A stretch of 64,000 nucleotides of DNA from Fimbriosthenelais zetlandica (taxonomy: Eukaryota), in NCBI GenBank assembly GCA_977030845.1, contig OZ365113.1, forward strand, positions 14,074,001 through 14,138,000. The letters are read 5' to 3'. Shown in pieces: positions 48,201 through 62,560 of the stretch (position 1 is the stretch's first letter; each line of letters opens with the position of its first letter). Below the pieces are notes generated by a model. That model searched no databases. It was not told where the DNA came from and saw nothing but the letters and a program-made list of their open reading frames with translations. Position numbers and translations under genes: made by a program.

Positions 48201-51200
48201 TATTTTATTGAATACATCCATTGAATGCATTCTTAAAAGTCTGTAGCCGAATGGAAGGGAAAGTGGGCTTACAAGTGCTGAAGGAAAATATTCTGAAGAT
48301 TAAATGGTGTGATTAAAAAATCTCCATTTATCCAGGAGTCTACTGAGCAATGGAAAGAGGTTGTGTAGAGCATGGTTATAAGGACTTGACCTTTCTCAAA
48401 CTAGACCTGTGCACTTGGTGTAAAATGATTATCTTCTATTACACTCTAAAATATATTTCATGACATTAAAAATCTATATTCTGTAGGTCAGTGACTTCTT
48501 CAACCTGACCCTACCTACCCCCAGGACAATTTCCCAGACAGTCATATTGTAGGCTCTATCTAAATTCACCCCCAATATCCCAGGGTAATCAGCCTCCCTC
48601 ACTTCCTTGATCACCGACCATGTACTTGTAATCGACTGTGTACTTTATGGCTAACTAACTTTAATACAGTATGATAACTAATTGCGCTTGGTGTTCATTT
48701 ATGCCAATTATCCCAGAAGTATCCTGTACTTCATGTACATGCATTATTGCACAAGGACATGTCGAAATGTTTGTATCCATTCGTAAGTACTGTATCTAGT
48801 CTCCTATGGTAGATTATGGTATGTATGTTTTTGTGGGATTTCTTAAGGAAAATTCTACCATTCTACCATTTTTCTTGCTCGTGCTTTCCTAGGAGGGGTA
48901 TGTGGAAAGGTTACGTGGGTTTTGTATGGCAAGAAGGCGTGGATGGGCCCCACTTTCCTACGTTCCAGTCGATATTTATTCCCACCTCTGCCTATATATA
49001 TACCTATTATTCCCTGTCATGTACGTCATCATTGCCCTTGACGACTGAACAATAAGAATTTAGTAAGTTGGCATGCCTGTTCATATGTCATCCATTCACA
49101 CATATAAATTTTCCTGTCTCTGCCATACAATTGAACAAATACTAGCCTGAAGGATTACATTTATCATAACATAAATCTCCAAACATAAACGCTACACTAC
49201 TCCTTGAACCTTTATCCTTTCCTATATTATTTTTTAAATTTGAGCATAACTTAGTAGATCTACGCCAGCGAAATTTATTGCTGTAAACAATGTCAAAGCC
49301 ATGAAATATTTTTATGTCCTGACTATTTGAAATTCATTCCCGATCGAATGACCCAAAAAGCATTATGTATTTTTAGAACTAGAAATGTGTAATCATACAT
49401 ACAGGACAGAAGGGGAATACGAGTTACTTAACATCTCTTTAGAAAGGAGAGAACCATATTTAGCAATGGAAATCTGACTGCAAGAACTCCAGCTGCACGC
49501 TGTCATTGAATTTAGAGTGTACTGAAATTCATCAAAAAGATGTCCCACATATCACTGCCTTCTTTCGACACTCCTTGCTTCCCCCTTCATGAATACATCT
49601 TGGTATGAAGGAGATATAACTCTCCCCTAAATGACATTGACACATTGTATAACTGGCGATTAGACTGCAATCCTTCAACCAAACAGGTCAAATATATGTA
49701 TGAATTTTTCCCTCTCGGATTATTTAAATCTCAAGTGCAAGTTCAGTGATGATGAATACATTCAAGCATATATGTAATATTTTTGTCCCAACTATCAACA
49801 TTGTTTAGTCATGGACCGACGCCATTCCTTCACGATATCACGTGAGGATGTATGCTTTTAATTGCCTTTATTTGCAGACAGGACTTTTTCACACTGTGCC
49901 GTTTCTTTCCAAATTATTTTCCTCTTTGTGCTAACCATAATGCTCGTCTTTGAGATACTTTTCATACAGGCATCACCGCATAATGAAAGATTTTGGTATA
50001 TTTTTAAGCTTAGCCGGTGTATAATTCTGTTTTTCCAAATATGAAAAATCCCTTTTTCTAGAGCCAGGAGTAAATAGTGAAATTCTAGAAGCAGACACAG
50101 AGAAATACTCTTTTTACAGAAACAGTATATAAATGTACTTGTCTATCGAAATCCTGTGGTTTCTTTTAAAGATTGTCACATGGCGTTTACTCATGCACTC
50201 ACAATGCCTTTGTCTCCTTGCAAAAAAGCATTGCATTAATATAGATGTTGTTTGTTTGGTCGGGGAGGTGAGGCAAGGGGGTTGGCCATTGGGTTTGGAG
50301 TGTGTATATAGGGTGCTCTCACCCCTTATAGACCACCAGTGGTTATTTGAGGCCACATTCTGAGCCAGCTTCGAGTATTTGCGTTATACTCGTAGAAAGG
50401 GCCCTCTTGAAAAGCCCTTCTGCTGCTCACAACCCCCCGATGTACACACCCAAGAGATGGGAGAGGCTTTACTCACACCATAAAAAATAACTTAGAAAAA
50501 CTGCGGGATGAAAACCTCCCCTAAGTCATGGAGTGTATAAAAGGAGCGGGGGCATGACGGGGCTGCGGTGGATTTAACATGGATTCTGTAAGCATGGAGG
50601 ACGAGGGATATTCAATAAAACTTTTTTTTCAATTGATGTGAATTGAATGGAAGCGGACATTGCAGAAGTAAACAGTTTTTGCTTTCCTTTTATAGCGTGT
50701 CGATTGAGGACATTCCAACACACACTAAGGGTGAGGACAGCTTCTGGTGGACTCCCCACTTAAAGTTGTCTTCCCCTGTACAGTACCAGACAGCGCCTTC
50801 ATATATTAAACTACAACGATGCTGACACGCCGAGTAGAATATAACATAAGAGCTTTTGTATTCAAGAACCAATTTTTGTCCTCCTCTGATTCCATCAGTC
50901 ACAGTTCAGAGATAAGCATGGTTTTTGTTTCATATGATGTGGTGACTATCAGTCATCGTCCATAACAAGAATAGTGCGTTTATGTACATACATGGTGGCT
51001 ACAAGACTTAGCGGGAGCAAAAGTTGAAAATAGTCATATACTTTACAGTCATGTATCTACTTAGGTATAGATAATAGTACATCCCACTGCCCTCCATGCT
51101 ACCAAACCCTCTTAGGCCCAGCAGACAGGTATTACATTTATTACAGGTATACATCAAAGTATCGTCCGTATATAACACCAACCAGAACAATAATTATTTG

Positions 51201-54200
51201 GCTTCAAGTTTACCAAGACTGATTGGATTTAAATTTAAATCCTTGCCATGGTGATATTTGTACAGGGCCGGATCGAGATGTACAAGATCCTGTTTGTCAT
51301 TGTATTGAGCAGTCGAAAAAAGTCTGTGCCTGGATGGGAAGGTTTTGAAGCCATTTGTCTCTGTGTGAGATTATTATCCCTTTTGTATATCTGCCAACAT
51401 AGGAAAACATTCGTATGTATGTGAATAATTATGAGTGCCATTATATTGACAAACCGTTAACATGCGGGTGTCCTACTCACAGCTATCATCCAATTATCAT
51501 GTATACCAACCACGCAATGACGAAATGATCCCTAGTTAAAGCCCAGACTCATTTCAATTAGACTATTTGTCATACATGCACGACTTTTAGCTGTGTTTTC
51601 TGAATTAATAGTTATCTAAATTTATAGATTGTATGTTATCGTAATTACTGAACTAATGAATTATTTAATCACAATTGATGCATTAATATATATATTTCCG
51701 CAGAGAATTGAATGTAGTTCTTGGAGGTGTTCATATATACAAAATAAATATTCGTATATTTATATCTCTAATTCAAAGGCATCCAAGGGACATGAAAGGC
51801 TGACACTCTCACTTTGCAATATGACACCTTAAAAGCTATGCAGAAGTTCTGAAGTGACAACATGAGAATCTATAGAATAGTTTGCTCTAAACAGTTCTGA
51901 CTCTCAGAATCTCTCCACGGAAAGTATAGCTAGTATTGTCACCAACTTGAACTCATTTGCTGTCAACAATTTGTATGGAAATAATTCACGATTCTATCCC
52001 TCACTTTCCTCATACCATACTGAAATTTGCTGACATTAAGTCTGAATGTTGTCAGGAAATTGACAAAATCATTTAATAAACAGAGACATGCTACAGGAGA
52101 CCATGTTCTACAAAATTTGGCATCCTGACCACAGCAGACTGTCTTGCCTATACGTCTAACTCCGTCTGACCAGTGTGGCTATCTCGGGAGGCTGCAATTT
52201 AGCCTTGTATGTCTAACTAACGAGTATAGAAAGTCATTGGTCTAACATCCTTATTGATGCTTGTTAACTCTTGAAGATGTCTGAAGTACCAATATTATGA
52301 CCTCTATTTGCTTTAATGGATGCTGTTGTTGGCTTGAAACATTGGTCCAAGATCATCTCAAATCAGACATTGGCATCAACCATGGGCAGTGTACAATAGG
52401 AAATAAAGCCGTGTAATTGGTCTCTGCACGAGGTCAATAGGGTCAGTAGAAAACATAGCAGACATTACCCTCTATTCATGTATAAAGCTATCACAATAAA
52501 TTCGCTCCAGAGCCGGAGTAGCTAGAGTAGGGGAAGCCCCGTTAAATGTATGCCTACAACTGAGGATACTTATATTGTATTTCATACATTTCATACATTC
52601 TGACCAATGCCATTTGATTTCTGGCTAATCCTGACCAACGATGCAGACATTTTTATACATATTGAGATTCCTGAGATAATTCTACAGAGCTCTACCCATT
52701 TCTATACTGTTTGCATGAATAGTATAGTTTATTTTCTCTCCTACCAAGGCTAGGTAGTAACAAGTCGGAGTCAAGTCCGAGGAGTTCTTGCACGGTCATC
52801 AGTCATTCTTATCTTATACAAATTAGATGCCACACTGCCAATTTGCAGGAACTGAGTGCAATGCTGGATGAAGCATTTTCTGTCTATATTTCTATAATAG
52901 CTGGCTTTTATATTGCCAACTAACAATCACTCAGGTATTGCAATAAACATTGACTGTCCCTGAAATTTGACAAAAGATATTATATTGGTTCACGCCATAT
53001 AGGGATAAACTAGGTATGAGGAGATGCATAGTATTATGTTTACATAAACTCATGCAAGGGGCCAAGCTTCAGACTCTCTACAGTCAGAATAAGATAAATG
53101 GCTTCCTTTGGTGATACATCACAGTTCCTATGAATCATATATGTATAGGCATACATCACTTATATCGCTGGTGCATGCAATGACTGTTTGATGGTAATTA
53201 TATTGACTGTAGCAACAAGGATATCTAAATGGCCATTACTTATTATATCTTATATCGGATTCTTCATGAGCGTTTGTTCTCTAATTGTGTAATGTTTGAC
53301 ATTAATCTTAAACCAATGCCATCATATTTCTGTGCCAGAAGAATGTGAATCGCACACTACTGTGTATAGCATTGTAATTGATACCATGTTGCTTTAGGCA
53401 CCCTCGGGTGGAAACAAGCGATAAGAATAAGGGATTTTTTTTATCCTCGCCTATTAGTCTTTCTATTACAGCAGTATGGATATGTTTCAGGGCAATCGAC
53501 AATCATAAACAGCCATTTAGACTGGTGTGGTTGTGATCGTTTAATTAGCGCTATCTCCCTCTCTCTACAGATACGATACATCATCCTCCTATATAGCCTA
53601 GGCTATAGCCCCGGGGTGGTATGGGATAGTATGTAAAGACAGATATGTCACTGAAATTCCACGGTCATATTAGATTTAAAGGGGCATCATAGACACTGAA
53701 TTCATGAGAGAGGATGGAAAAACATTACATGCTCCAAGAATTATAAATATTATACGAGAGGCATAGGCAGAGCTCTGGACTTATCATGGTTTGTGATGAT
53801 CATAAATTAATCTTGGGAAGTTGTTGTTTCAGAAGTAACATGATCTACATTTGCCCTATGCCATTGACGATAATCTTTGTATACAGAAAGCAGAATATAT
53901 GCAGAAAGTTCTTCAAAAGTGGCCATTATTTAGATAGGTCACAGAGTACAAGGCTCGTAACTGAGTGAGTTATAAGACTCTCTAGCTGCTCTCTTGAGGC
54001 AGTTGCTCCAAGGAAATTCGGAGCCAAAAATACCCGGTACCGGCTTTCTGCTACGATGAGAATCAAATACGGATTAGTTCAAGTTGAATATCACGATCAG
54101 ATGTGGTGGTATCCCTTATAACAAAACCTGCTCTCATGGACAGTTTGCCTGCCTGCAATTTCTAAGTCTATGTATCCAGTAGCTATAGGCTATTCAACAG

Positions 54201-56049
54201 AAACAGTATAGATATCTCCCAAATTGTTTTTTTTATTGAATAAGATTGCTATTCTCTTTTTCAATAATTTTCAAGTACAGAAAATAACTTGGGGCAAACC
54301 GATCGTTTTTGGTAATAACACATGATCACGTGCCACGATCTGAATACATGGTAAAGGGTTTAACGAGATTTTCTTTCACGATTTAGAACCAAGTTTTTTC
54401 GTGATAAATCTCATATCAAATGGAACATGTGTAGGGATGTTTGTGGACAGCATAACATGTCCTCCCTGGAGCTTATCTACGTGATCGCTTTGTGCTTTTT
54501 GGTTCATCCTTTAAAAAATGATACATTGTAAACAAGCCGTGAAATTGTTACCATCCTGCTCTTTGATTTCTTGTAGAGATTGTCTCCCCTGCTCTGTCAT
54601 TCTACTCTATACAGAGAAGCAAAAGGTCTCCATGTGAATCCAGACATAGGCCCAGGAGATTTGTTTTGGAGTATCTCTCCTCACAACCAAAGTGCTGATT
54701 TGTTGGCTATCACTATGATTTAGCTGGATATGGCATTGGTCTTAAACCTCAATGAAACTCGACATGCATGGCAAAATAATTGCCTAGTTCCAAACCTCTT
54801 GTCATCTCATTGCTTATCCTTGATGTCTTCATGAAACATTTCACATCTATGTGGAAATGGTTAAATACTGCGGCAAATATTGATTCCATCCTTAGCCTCC
54901 GAACCAGATGGAGAAGACTGATCAGAGAAACCCCTAGGTTTGGCGACCCAGAAGCTACTTAACACAATGGTAACAATAGTAGCTATATGCCTGTATAAAC
55001 CCGACTGTCGAGTCATATGCCCATTCATATCAAAGTCTGACACTCAGCTATAATGAGGACCCAGACACCTTGGCTACCATAGGGATTACCTGACAATGGT
55101 TACCAGAGATCCCCTGCATATTGCAATCTACTACTAAGTAATTTTGCAGTAAGAATTGATGCACATATTTGGCCTTTATATGAAAAGGGAACCAAGGGGC
55201 ATAGCCAACTTTGTTTTGATCTTTTTGTTTGAGGGATCAGGAAACTAAGATTCCCAGAGCACTTGTTCCTTTTGAGACAGGTCTACGATTCGATCTATCT
55301 TTTATGCTCATAAGTTTGAAATTCTTTGTAGGATTAGTTGTCATGAATCGGGGATTTTCTAGTTGAGCTTAATCTGAATCTTATCTCCATGGAAAATATT
55401 TGAATGTAGGAGCCAGGTTTTAAGCCTCTGAATAACAAGCAGAGAAAAATGTAGTGACAGAGGTGGAATAATTATCCCCGAATCCTCTCGTCTCGGAGGA
55501 AACCTATTATGTACCACACAAATGTCTACACAGGATCCTGGTGTTTGTTCGATACTGTCCACCTCTCCCCAGATCCTCCAAATTGAAATACCCTAGTCTT
55601 TGATCAGCAATGACTATATTCAAACAAAGAAAGTCACTTTGACAACCCCGAAAGACCCCCCAGTGCAATTATTGTCCGAAACCCAGTGTTAGGGGGTGCA
55701 ATCCTGAGTGTCTTCCAGGTGAATGGACCAGAGCATTGTCCAAGGATCAATAGATCACAAAGAAATAGACTTAATAGGATATGATCTACAGGATAGGTGA
55801 GCCATTAAAAGCTAGTTATCCAGGTATCAAATGACAGGGGTAAAAGACATCAGTAAACTCCACTGACTACAAAAGAAACGGTAGATATCCAGCATTGTAT
55901 ATCTATGTAAATGACTAGTTTCCTATGGCAATAGGGACATAAATGGTAGAATGGATGGGTATAATCAGATAGAATGTATAATGTGGCATGGCTGAGGGAA
56001 ATCTATTTAGAATAAACACAGTTTTTGATGTTTTTTCTTTCTTTTCTAG

Positions 56050-56222
56050 GAATGGCCACGACAAAATCCAGAAATCAGGTCACTCCAGGTTAGGACAAAC
56101 ATCCTCTTTCGGTTTGCGACAACCTACGTCACCAGTTATGTGATGAACGCGGCTGATGTTCCCAAGGAGACAGTATTTACCGTACGGATACCTAAAGCAG
56201 CCTTCATGACTAACTTCTCCAT
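56050..56222 (+). CDS. ITIH: ITIH-like exon 2 (VIT domain start)
   Basis: tttctttcttttctag|EWPRQNPEIRSLQVRTNILFRFATTYVTSYVMNAADVPKETVFTVRIPKAAFMTNFS(M)|GTGAGT; matches the VIT pattern RFAxTxVxS...PKxAFITNFSM; phase 0 to 2. Confidence 0.93.
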
Positions 56223-59200
56223 GTGAGTATGGTCATACTGTAAGCTGACACATCAACGACCAACTGCCTTCTAGTACACTCCAACCCCTTTTTCTGTGCG
56301 TGATAAGTGCTAAAGTAGTGGATAAAATTCACCCAGAAATGAACTATTACATATGTATTTATTGGAAGCTATTGTCAAACCAATAAATTCCAGGTCCCCC
56401 TCCACTATACTTTATTTAAATTCCCTTAATATTTCTTATTTTGCTGCATTTATTTCATTTCCTTTTCAAATGCATGAAGGGGGAAGCGGAGGGATTTTCA
56501 GAGGGGGAAGTGATGTGGCTTCCCAGTTGGGTTGGAAGCCATTATGCAGGAGGCTGGATCCGGTTATCCCTATTTTGCCCCTGCTGGTATAGATAGCACA
56601 CAGCATAGAAACCCACATAGTTTCAATCAGAAGATAAAAGAAAGCATCGGTGCCAACACCATCTTCATAGCTTCAAGCTGGGGGAGCAACGATAAGGACC
56701 AACCAAAACAAAAACAATATGTGTCCTCGGGGAAGTACTTGGCACCTTTGTAACAGATAAAAAGGTCACTAGTGATGCTATATGGGTGGCGAGTGTGTAT
56801 CCCTATGTTCTAGTCAGACACTGGTTGGGGTGTACAAGTACTTCTTCAACCAGGCAACAGCTATAGGTCGCATTTAAATCTGAGAAATGGCAAATTTACG
56901 TGGGATAAATTAAAAATAATAGGGGGTAAAACGTAAGCTCAGTTCTTAAAGACTGGCTGCCTGGCAAGGCTGGTTAAAGAACAAGATTGTGGAATCTGAA
57001 GGCGTCTTCCTCCGGCCATGATTCCTTCAAAGGTTCACACTCAATAGATGGAACTTTTTATGTTTCCGTAAATCACAATAATTTGATACTTGGGTTGATA
57101 AGTTTGGAGGGACCATTCAACATGTGTGCCCTCGTCTTTCCATCATCTTACCACAAGCGCCGATCATTCAGCACGTGTAATGTACAGCCGTCATGTGCCA
57201 GCTGCTCCCCAAACCAATACATCAACGTTAAACCCTCATTAACTTAACCCTGCTACTTGACCATTGATAATCGGTAATGTACAGGGGTGCCTTATCTCCT
57301 AAAGCTACAACTCCTTATCTTATTTTGATAGTCTTCCCCCATTGCTACACAGGTTTGCCCCAGTCGAGATGACTTGTGTACACTTGTTTGATGCAGAACA
57401 GAGACATGAGCCTGGCAGAAAAACCGCAGTGTATAATTAGTTTAAAATGGTCAGCAGCAATATTCCAATTAATATATGGGAGGTCAATATATTTTCCTGT
57501 TCATTCAACAGCTCTCTGGACTCCTTGTGTTAAGAAAAATCCATAAACACTTTATCCAATTGCATACCTCCTTTACATGTTGGGCATTCTTTAATATTTT
57601 AAACAAAGTGTAACGCTATATTCCGCTTTACTCAATGAAAATTATTTTGCCTCATTAAAAAGCCAAAATAAATAAAATATAAAATGTGTATAAGGAGGGG
57701 GAGCTGAACCACATGGCTATACATCTGTGTTTCAAGATATTTGCGTGAACACTGAGTGATAACCCTACCTATCTACATTGCATTAACACTTACAGGTAAC
57801 CCCAGCCTGAGAGAGATAAGCGACTAACAGGAAACAGGGATCGTATGGAAGTTGAGATGCTTAATGATCAACTCTTGTTGTCATCTCAGGCCAGCGTTCT
57901 CAATTTAGAGGTGTTGAGAGGTCGGCCTCCAGGTCATACTCTCAGTTGAAAGGTCATGATGCATGCAGAGATATGGCTGACTTACCTATACATCTGGTGT
58001 ATATTTTTATATATATCAGCCATAGAAATATGTCAACTATTTGCTCTTTTCATTCGGGCAATGTATAATATATAATACAGCTTGTATTGTTAATGAAGCC
58101 TCAGATATTCTCACCACTTATTCCCACCTTCTATTCTTGTAATCTTGTTAAGAAGTTTTTAGACAGATCCTTCTGGGGACATTTGACATGCATAGAAATT
58201 CTTAGATCCCTAGCATAGGAAACATTGAGAAGACAGAGCCTAACTATATAAATATCATTAATCTTGTACAGTGAGAAATTATAACTTACATTGGCATTGT
58301 CATCTCCATTGTGCCATGTGGACGAGGTGACAACTTTTTCTCATCCTCGGGTCGTGGAAATATTCCCCGGACATGTGTGGTTTATATTGGAATATCTGTA
58401 ATATAAACAGACAATTCTCTTACATTTGAAAACAGGGAAACAATCATAGACATCTTCAAGAATTGTTGGCCCTGCCCATAAACAATGTATGACAGGAATG
58501 AGTTGTAACGGAGAGCCTTTAAAATAAATGGTGATAAATAAGAAGTCTGTTGAAAATATAAACCGCAGTAAATTTCTGAGACATTTTCGAAGAAGTCAAC
58601 ATTGCAATTTCTTTACCACTCATTCTTCAATACTTTATCCTGCATAATAGTGAAGAAGATAATATCAGCTTTTCAAAAAATTATATTTTAAAGTTTGAAC
58701 TTCAGGTTTGAAAGATTCAGCAGATTCACAATGGTCCCACATAATGTATGTGCATTATAGCATATTGGAGTGTTGGCCATCTATAGCGTCTGATGCCTAC
58801 AAAAACCTTTATGATGTACTGTATAGCACATACCTTGGTCTCGCCTCTCGTGTGTTCAATGTCAGAACTCTAGTGGGTGTAAGAGTCTCCACAATGTTTA
58901 TATAAAGATTTCAACATGTCATTAATGGATAAATGTACATAAGGTATCCTGATTCATGACACAAAGTAAATAAAGATCTAGAATTAAGTGTACCATTGGG
59001 ATTGGGAATGGGCTAGAATTCCACCCGTCACTACTGCTACCATTTATAAACTGTTGGCTTTGAGTTGAAAGAGAACTTTACTTCTGACATGGCGTCGTCT
59101 AGCAGAGAGGGACAATATTATTTTCGACAAAGACCTATCAATATCTTCTCCAGGCAGACTTTCTATCATCAGATCCTAATAGGTCATCACCAGTGTAACT

Positions 59201-59854
59201 ATAATATGACTCCATTTCTTCATGCTGTTTTACCGATTGATATAGCCGAGTAAAATGCTGCTTTATAACTTGGTCATTGAACCCGGGGTAAAAACCTTCC
59301 CAGCAAGTCTACGCATTCCATCAGACTGTAAAAGTTGTAACTATACGCCCTCTAATATCAGACATAATAAGCATCCAAACTCATGAACAGCGGGATAATC
59401 CACACAACCAAATACCAAATTCCAGCACCTCTTGTTTGGTCGGCCTACGGATAGCGCCCAATGAAAAATAAAAGAAAACACCAAATGTAAAAATGTCTCC
59501 CAGTGCAAAGTTTGACATACCAGATATTCAACGGCGTCTAAATCCTTTCGCTCTTGCAGCCTGTTTCATAAAGTTGTGTTGATTTGGCAAAGCTAATAAG
59601 ACATTGCCAGGCCCGTTTCATGAGTTCACACCCAAGTTCACTCAACACTGTACTAGATTAGATAATATACTACTTCAACCCTAGTGTGCTTATGTTTCTA
59701 TTTAGAAACCCTTCATATCAGAAGCCAAACCGAAACCCCAACAGAAAGGTGGAAAAAGGTTCTACCAAAGCCTCTTCAATTACTTTTGCAGCACATTTGA
59801 TCGCTATAATTATTATATTGTATGGAAGATAATTATTCCTATCTTTTTTTACAG

Positions 59855-59959
59855 GCAGACCGATGAAATGACACAATATGGAGAAATCAAAGAAATGCGC
59901 GAGGCGAAGCAGGACTATGCCACATATGAATCTAAAGGGAAGGGACACAAAAAACATAA
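59855..59959 (+). CDS. ITIH: ITIH-like exon 3 (VIT)
   Basis: ctttttttacag|G QTDEMTQYGEIKEMREAKQDYATYESKGKGHKKH AA|GTAAGA; phase 2 to 2. Confidence 0.88.
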
Positions 59960-60095
59960 GTAAGACCTCTAGATAACTAGCTACTCTTAAACAGGGTTCT
60001 TTCAATTTTTACTTGCAATCCTTTTTAGGATCATTCGGATGATTTTAACATGATTCATGGATGCATTAGTGTGATATTTCTCTTATTATTTGAAG

Positions 60096-60343
60096 GGTAC
60101 AAGGGTTCAATACATTCCGTGTAGCAGTAAATGTGGCGCCTAAGAAGGGCATTCAATTCAACCTGACTTACCAGCAGCTCCTCCACCGGCGATTGGGGGT
60201 GTACCGTCACGTGATCGATCTCCATCCGTGTCAGGTGGTGCGGGACCTCAAGGTGGATGTTCACGTGACTGAGGCTCGACCAATCAGAACGATAAAGGTC
60301 CCCCCATTGATGACGTCCGGGACGACACCTGATGGAAATGCAG
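60096..60343 (+). CDS. ITIH: ITIH-like exon 4 (VIT end)
   Basis: VQGFNTFRVAVNVAPKKGIQFNLTYQQLLHRRLGVYRHVIDLHPCQVVRDLKVDVHVTEARPIRTIKVPPLMTSGTTPDGNA; acceptor tttgaag, donor G|GTATGG; phase 2 to 1. Confidence 0.93.
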
Positions 60344-60418
60344 GTATGGCTGAAAAGGGAGAACAGGAGATTAGTACATGAACCACATACTGTACAAAAT
60401 TAGTGTATACATGTATAC

Positions 60419-60540
60419 ATGTAATTTCCTAGACATGTATGGTTACAAAATGATATTATTTTGATAGTGGAACCACATTCATATTAGTGTATGTAATTTC
60501 CTAGTATAGAACTTTCCCAAAATATATTATTATGATAGTG
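60419..60540. repeat. Degenerate local duplication (about 50-bp unit) in ITIH intron 4
   Basis: ATGTAATTTCCTAG...CAAAAT(G)ATATTATT(T/A)TGATAGTG at about 60419 and 60491. Confidence 0.6.
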
Positions 60541-60585
60541 AGATATCACTGAGATAACATTGGTTGTTTTATATTAATTTTCTAG

Positions 60586-60746
60586 ATAATGAACTGGCTC
60601 ATATTCAGCGTGGCTCACCATCTACTGCCCATGTGTCCTACCACCCAAGTGTACGTCACCAACTCCAAACCTCCCCACAAGGCATGTCTGGCCAGTTTGT
60701 GATTGAGTATGACATCACCCGAGTTCAGGGATCAGGCGAACTTTAC
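60586..60746 (+). CDS. ITIH: ITIH-like exon 5
   Basis: ttttctag|AT NELAHIQRGSPSTAHVSYHPSVRHQLQTSPQGMSGQFVIEYDITRVQGSGELY|GTTAGT; contains the ITIH G.F.I.YD motif; phase 1 to 0. Confidence 0.92.
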
Positions 60747-60850
60747 GTTAGTAACATCATTTTTTCTAAATCCCATGAATTATTCTTACCAAATATAAAT
60801 AGTTACTTACAATGAAACCAATTCCAACAAAAGTAGTATTTTTTTTGCAG

Positions 60851-61066
60851 ATGGGACCAGACCATTTTGTCCAGTACTTTGCACCTAATATTGCTAGTCC
60901 GATTCCTAAAGACATTCTGTTCTTACTGGACGTGAGTCGATCAATGAGTGGAGTGAAGATGGAGCAAACTAAGGTGGCCATGAGAACCGTGCTGCAGGAA
61001 CTCAGAGACATTGACAGGTTCAACATCATCACGTTCAGCACGGCACTAAGGTTCTGGAAGAAGGAG
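60851..61066 (+). CDS. ITIH: ITIH-like exon 6 (vWA start, MIDAS DxSxS)
   Basis: ttttttgcag|MGPDHFVQYFAPNIASPIPKDILFLLDVSRSMSGVKMEQTKVAMRTVLQELRDIDRFNIITFSTALRFWKKE|GTGAGA; phase 0 to 0. Confidence 0.95.
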
Positions 61067-61361
61067 GTGAGAAACATTTTAAACATTGTATATCAAGGGT
61101 GGATCTGAGTCTCGGTCCAAAATCTGACCAAAGCATACTTGACCAAAATCCCAGACCGTATAGTGTACCGGTATAGCATTATACTAAAACTAAAAGCATT
61201 CTGTAGTGTACTGTCAAAATAATAAAATAAATTAATTATTTTATTCAAATATAAATTGAATGAAATGTGAGGAAATAGATTTAGTGTAATGGAAATGTTC
61301 AGATCATTTAGATTAATAATGACTAGTGTGATTTATGACACAACAAAATATATATTTCCAG

Positions 61362-61434
61362 GGTGTGCACAGACCCACAGCTGAAAATCTGCAAAGTGCC
61401 CGCCAATTCATAAACAAAATGATCGCCAGCCGCG
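61362..61434 (+). CDS. ITIH: ITIH-like exon 7 (vWA)
   Basis: atttccag|GVHRPTAENLQSARQFINKMIASR G|GTGAGT; phase 0 to 1. Confidence 0.9.
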
Positions 61435-61859
61435 GTGAGTATTCATCTTGATCGTGTAAATTAAATTATCATCAACATGGTCTGCCCATTTACTCCTCTT
61501 TGGCCTTGAGCTTTCCAAGAGCACCTAAAACTCTACCCTGTCCACTTTTTATCACATTCCTGGACTTGTATTATAAATTTACTTTACTTATGATCCGTCT
61601 GGGGACTGGGCTTTCTCAAAGGCATCTCTTGCCTTCCTTTTGGCTGGATCCCAGCTGGTAGAAATCTGTGCACGAGCCTTTAGTTGGCGTTGACTTGTCA
61701 TTCGCCTGATTAAGCTCGACATTCTCACTGAAGGCCTCCCACTGCTTTGCATATGCCCACATGCTTTTATGAGGCTGCTCTTCATTAATTTGGAGGGGGT
61801 GGGGGCGGCGGTCAGGAATAAAGAAGATTTCTACACCTTTTTTGATTATATTTAATGGT

Positions 61860-62560
61860 CCAACTAGGTTTTTTTCTTGCGACGGCAGCGATCCTCTCGC
61901 GCTGTACCATTTCATTAGCCCGAGAGACCCGGTCGGACTCTGCTTACAGGAGCATCCCATATATTTCTATTGGCTGAAGCATTTTATATCGAATCGTATT
62001 ATAATTTCACCCACCACCAATCCCAAAGTAATAGTGAACCCACCGTCAGACTGGAGACTAAGGGTAACTGCCACTGGGAATAAGCCAATAGGTCTGTCTA
62101 CCAGCAGGGGAAAATCTCAAAATTTCCGGCAGAAGGAATATATAGTTTCATGTCCTTTGTATATATGCCTTCCTCGGATATAGGCGGTAATAATGGAGAT
62201 CAATACTACATCTAAAATGCCAGAAAATGCCAGAACCCTATTACAGCTAAACTTGTATTTTGTCGATAAAACACTGGATAATTTTAACGGGAAGATACAT
62301 CGCCAAAAACAGATGAACCTGCACAAATATATCTATGGTAGTGTGGAGCATAATTCGAGTGCCAAGTAAATGTGAGTTGGGATGGAAATGTAGGCCCAAC
62401 AAGCCCGGCCAACAAGCCTTCCACCAGTTTATATGCCCGATCTTGAGCGATATCAGGAGCATAAAGAGTCACAGAGGGGTTAATAGATTTGACCCTGACA
62501 TTTCAGCGACTTCCAAGTTTCAGAACAGCCTATCCATCTTGGTGGCAAGGTAAATAGTAC
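61860..62560 (+). mobile_element. Decayed Penelope-like element (PLE) reverse transcriptase in ITIH intron 7
   Basis: Collinear degenerate PLE RT motifs across a stop and frameshifts: FYWLKH..RIIIS (cf. FYxLPKIHK..RPIIS), YIVSCPLYICLP (cf. DVxSLYTxIP), LLQLNL..FNGKIHRQ (cf. LLxL..FNGKxYxQ), YAR/ILSDI (cf. RYxDDI), VNRFDPDISAT (cf. LNxxxPxIKFT). Confidence 0.65.
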
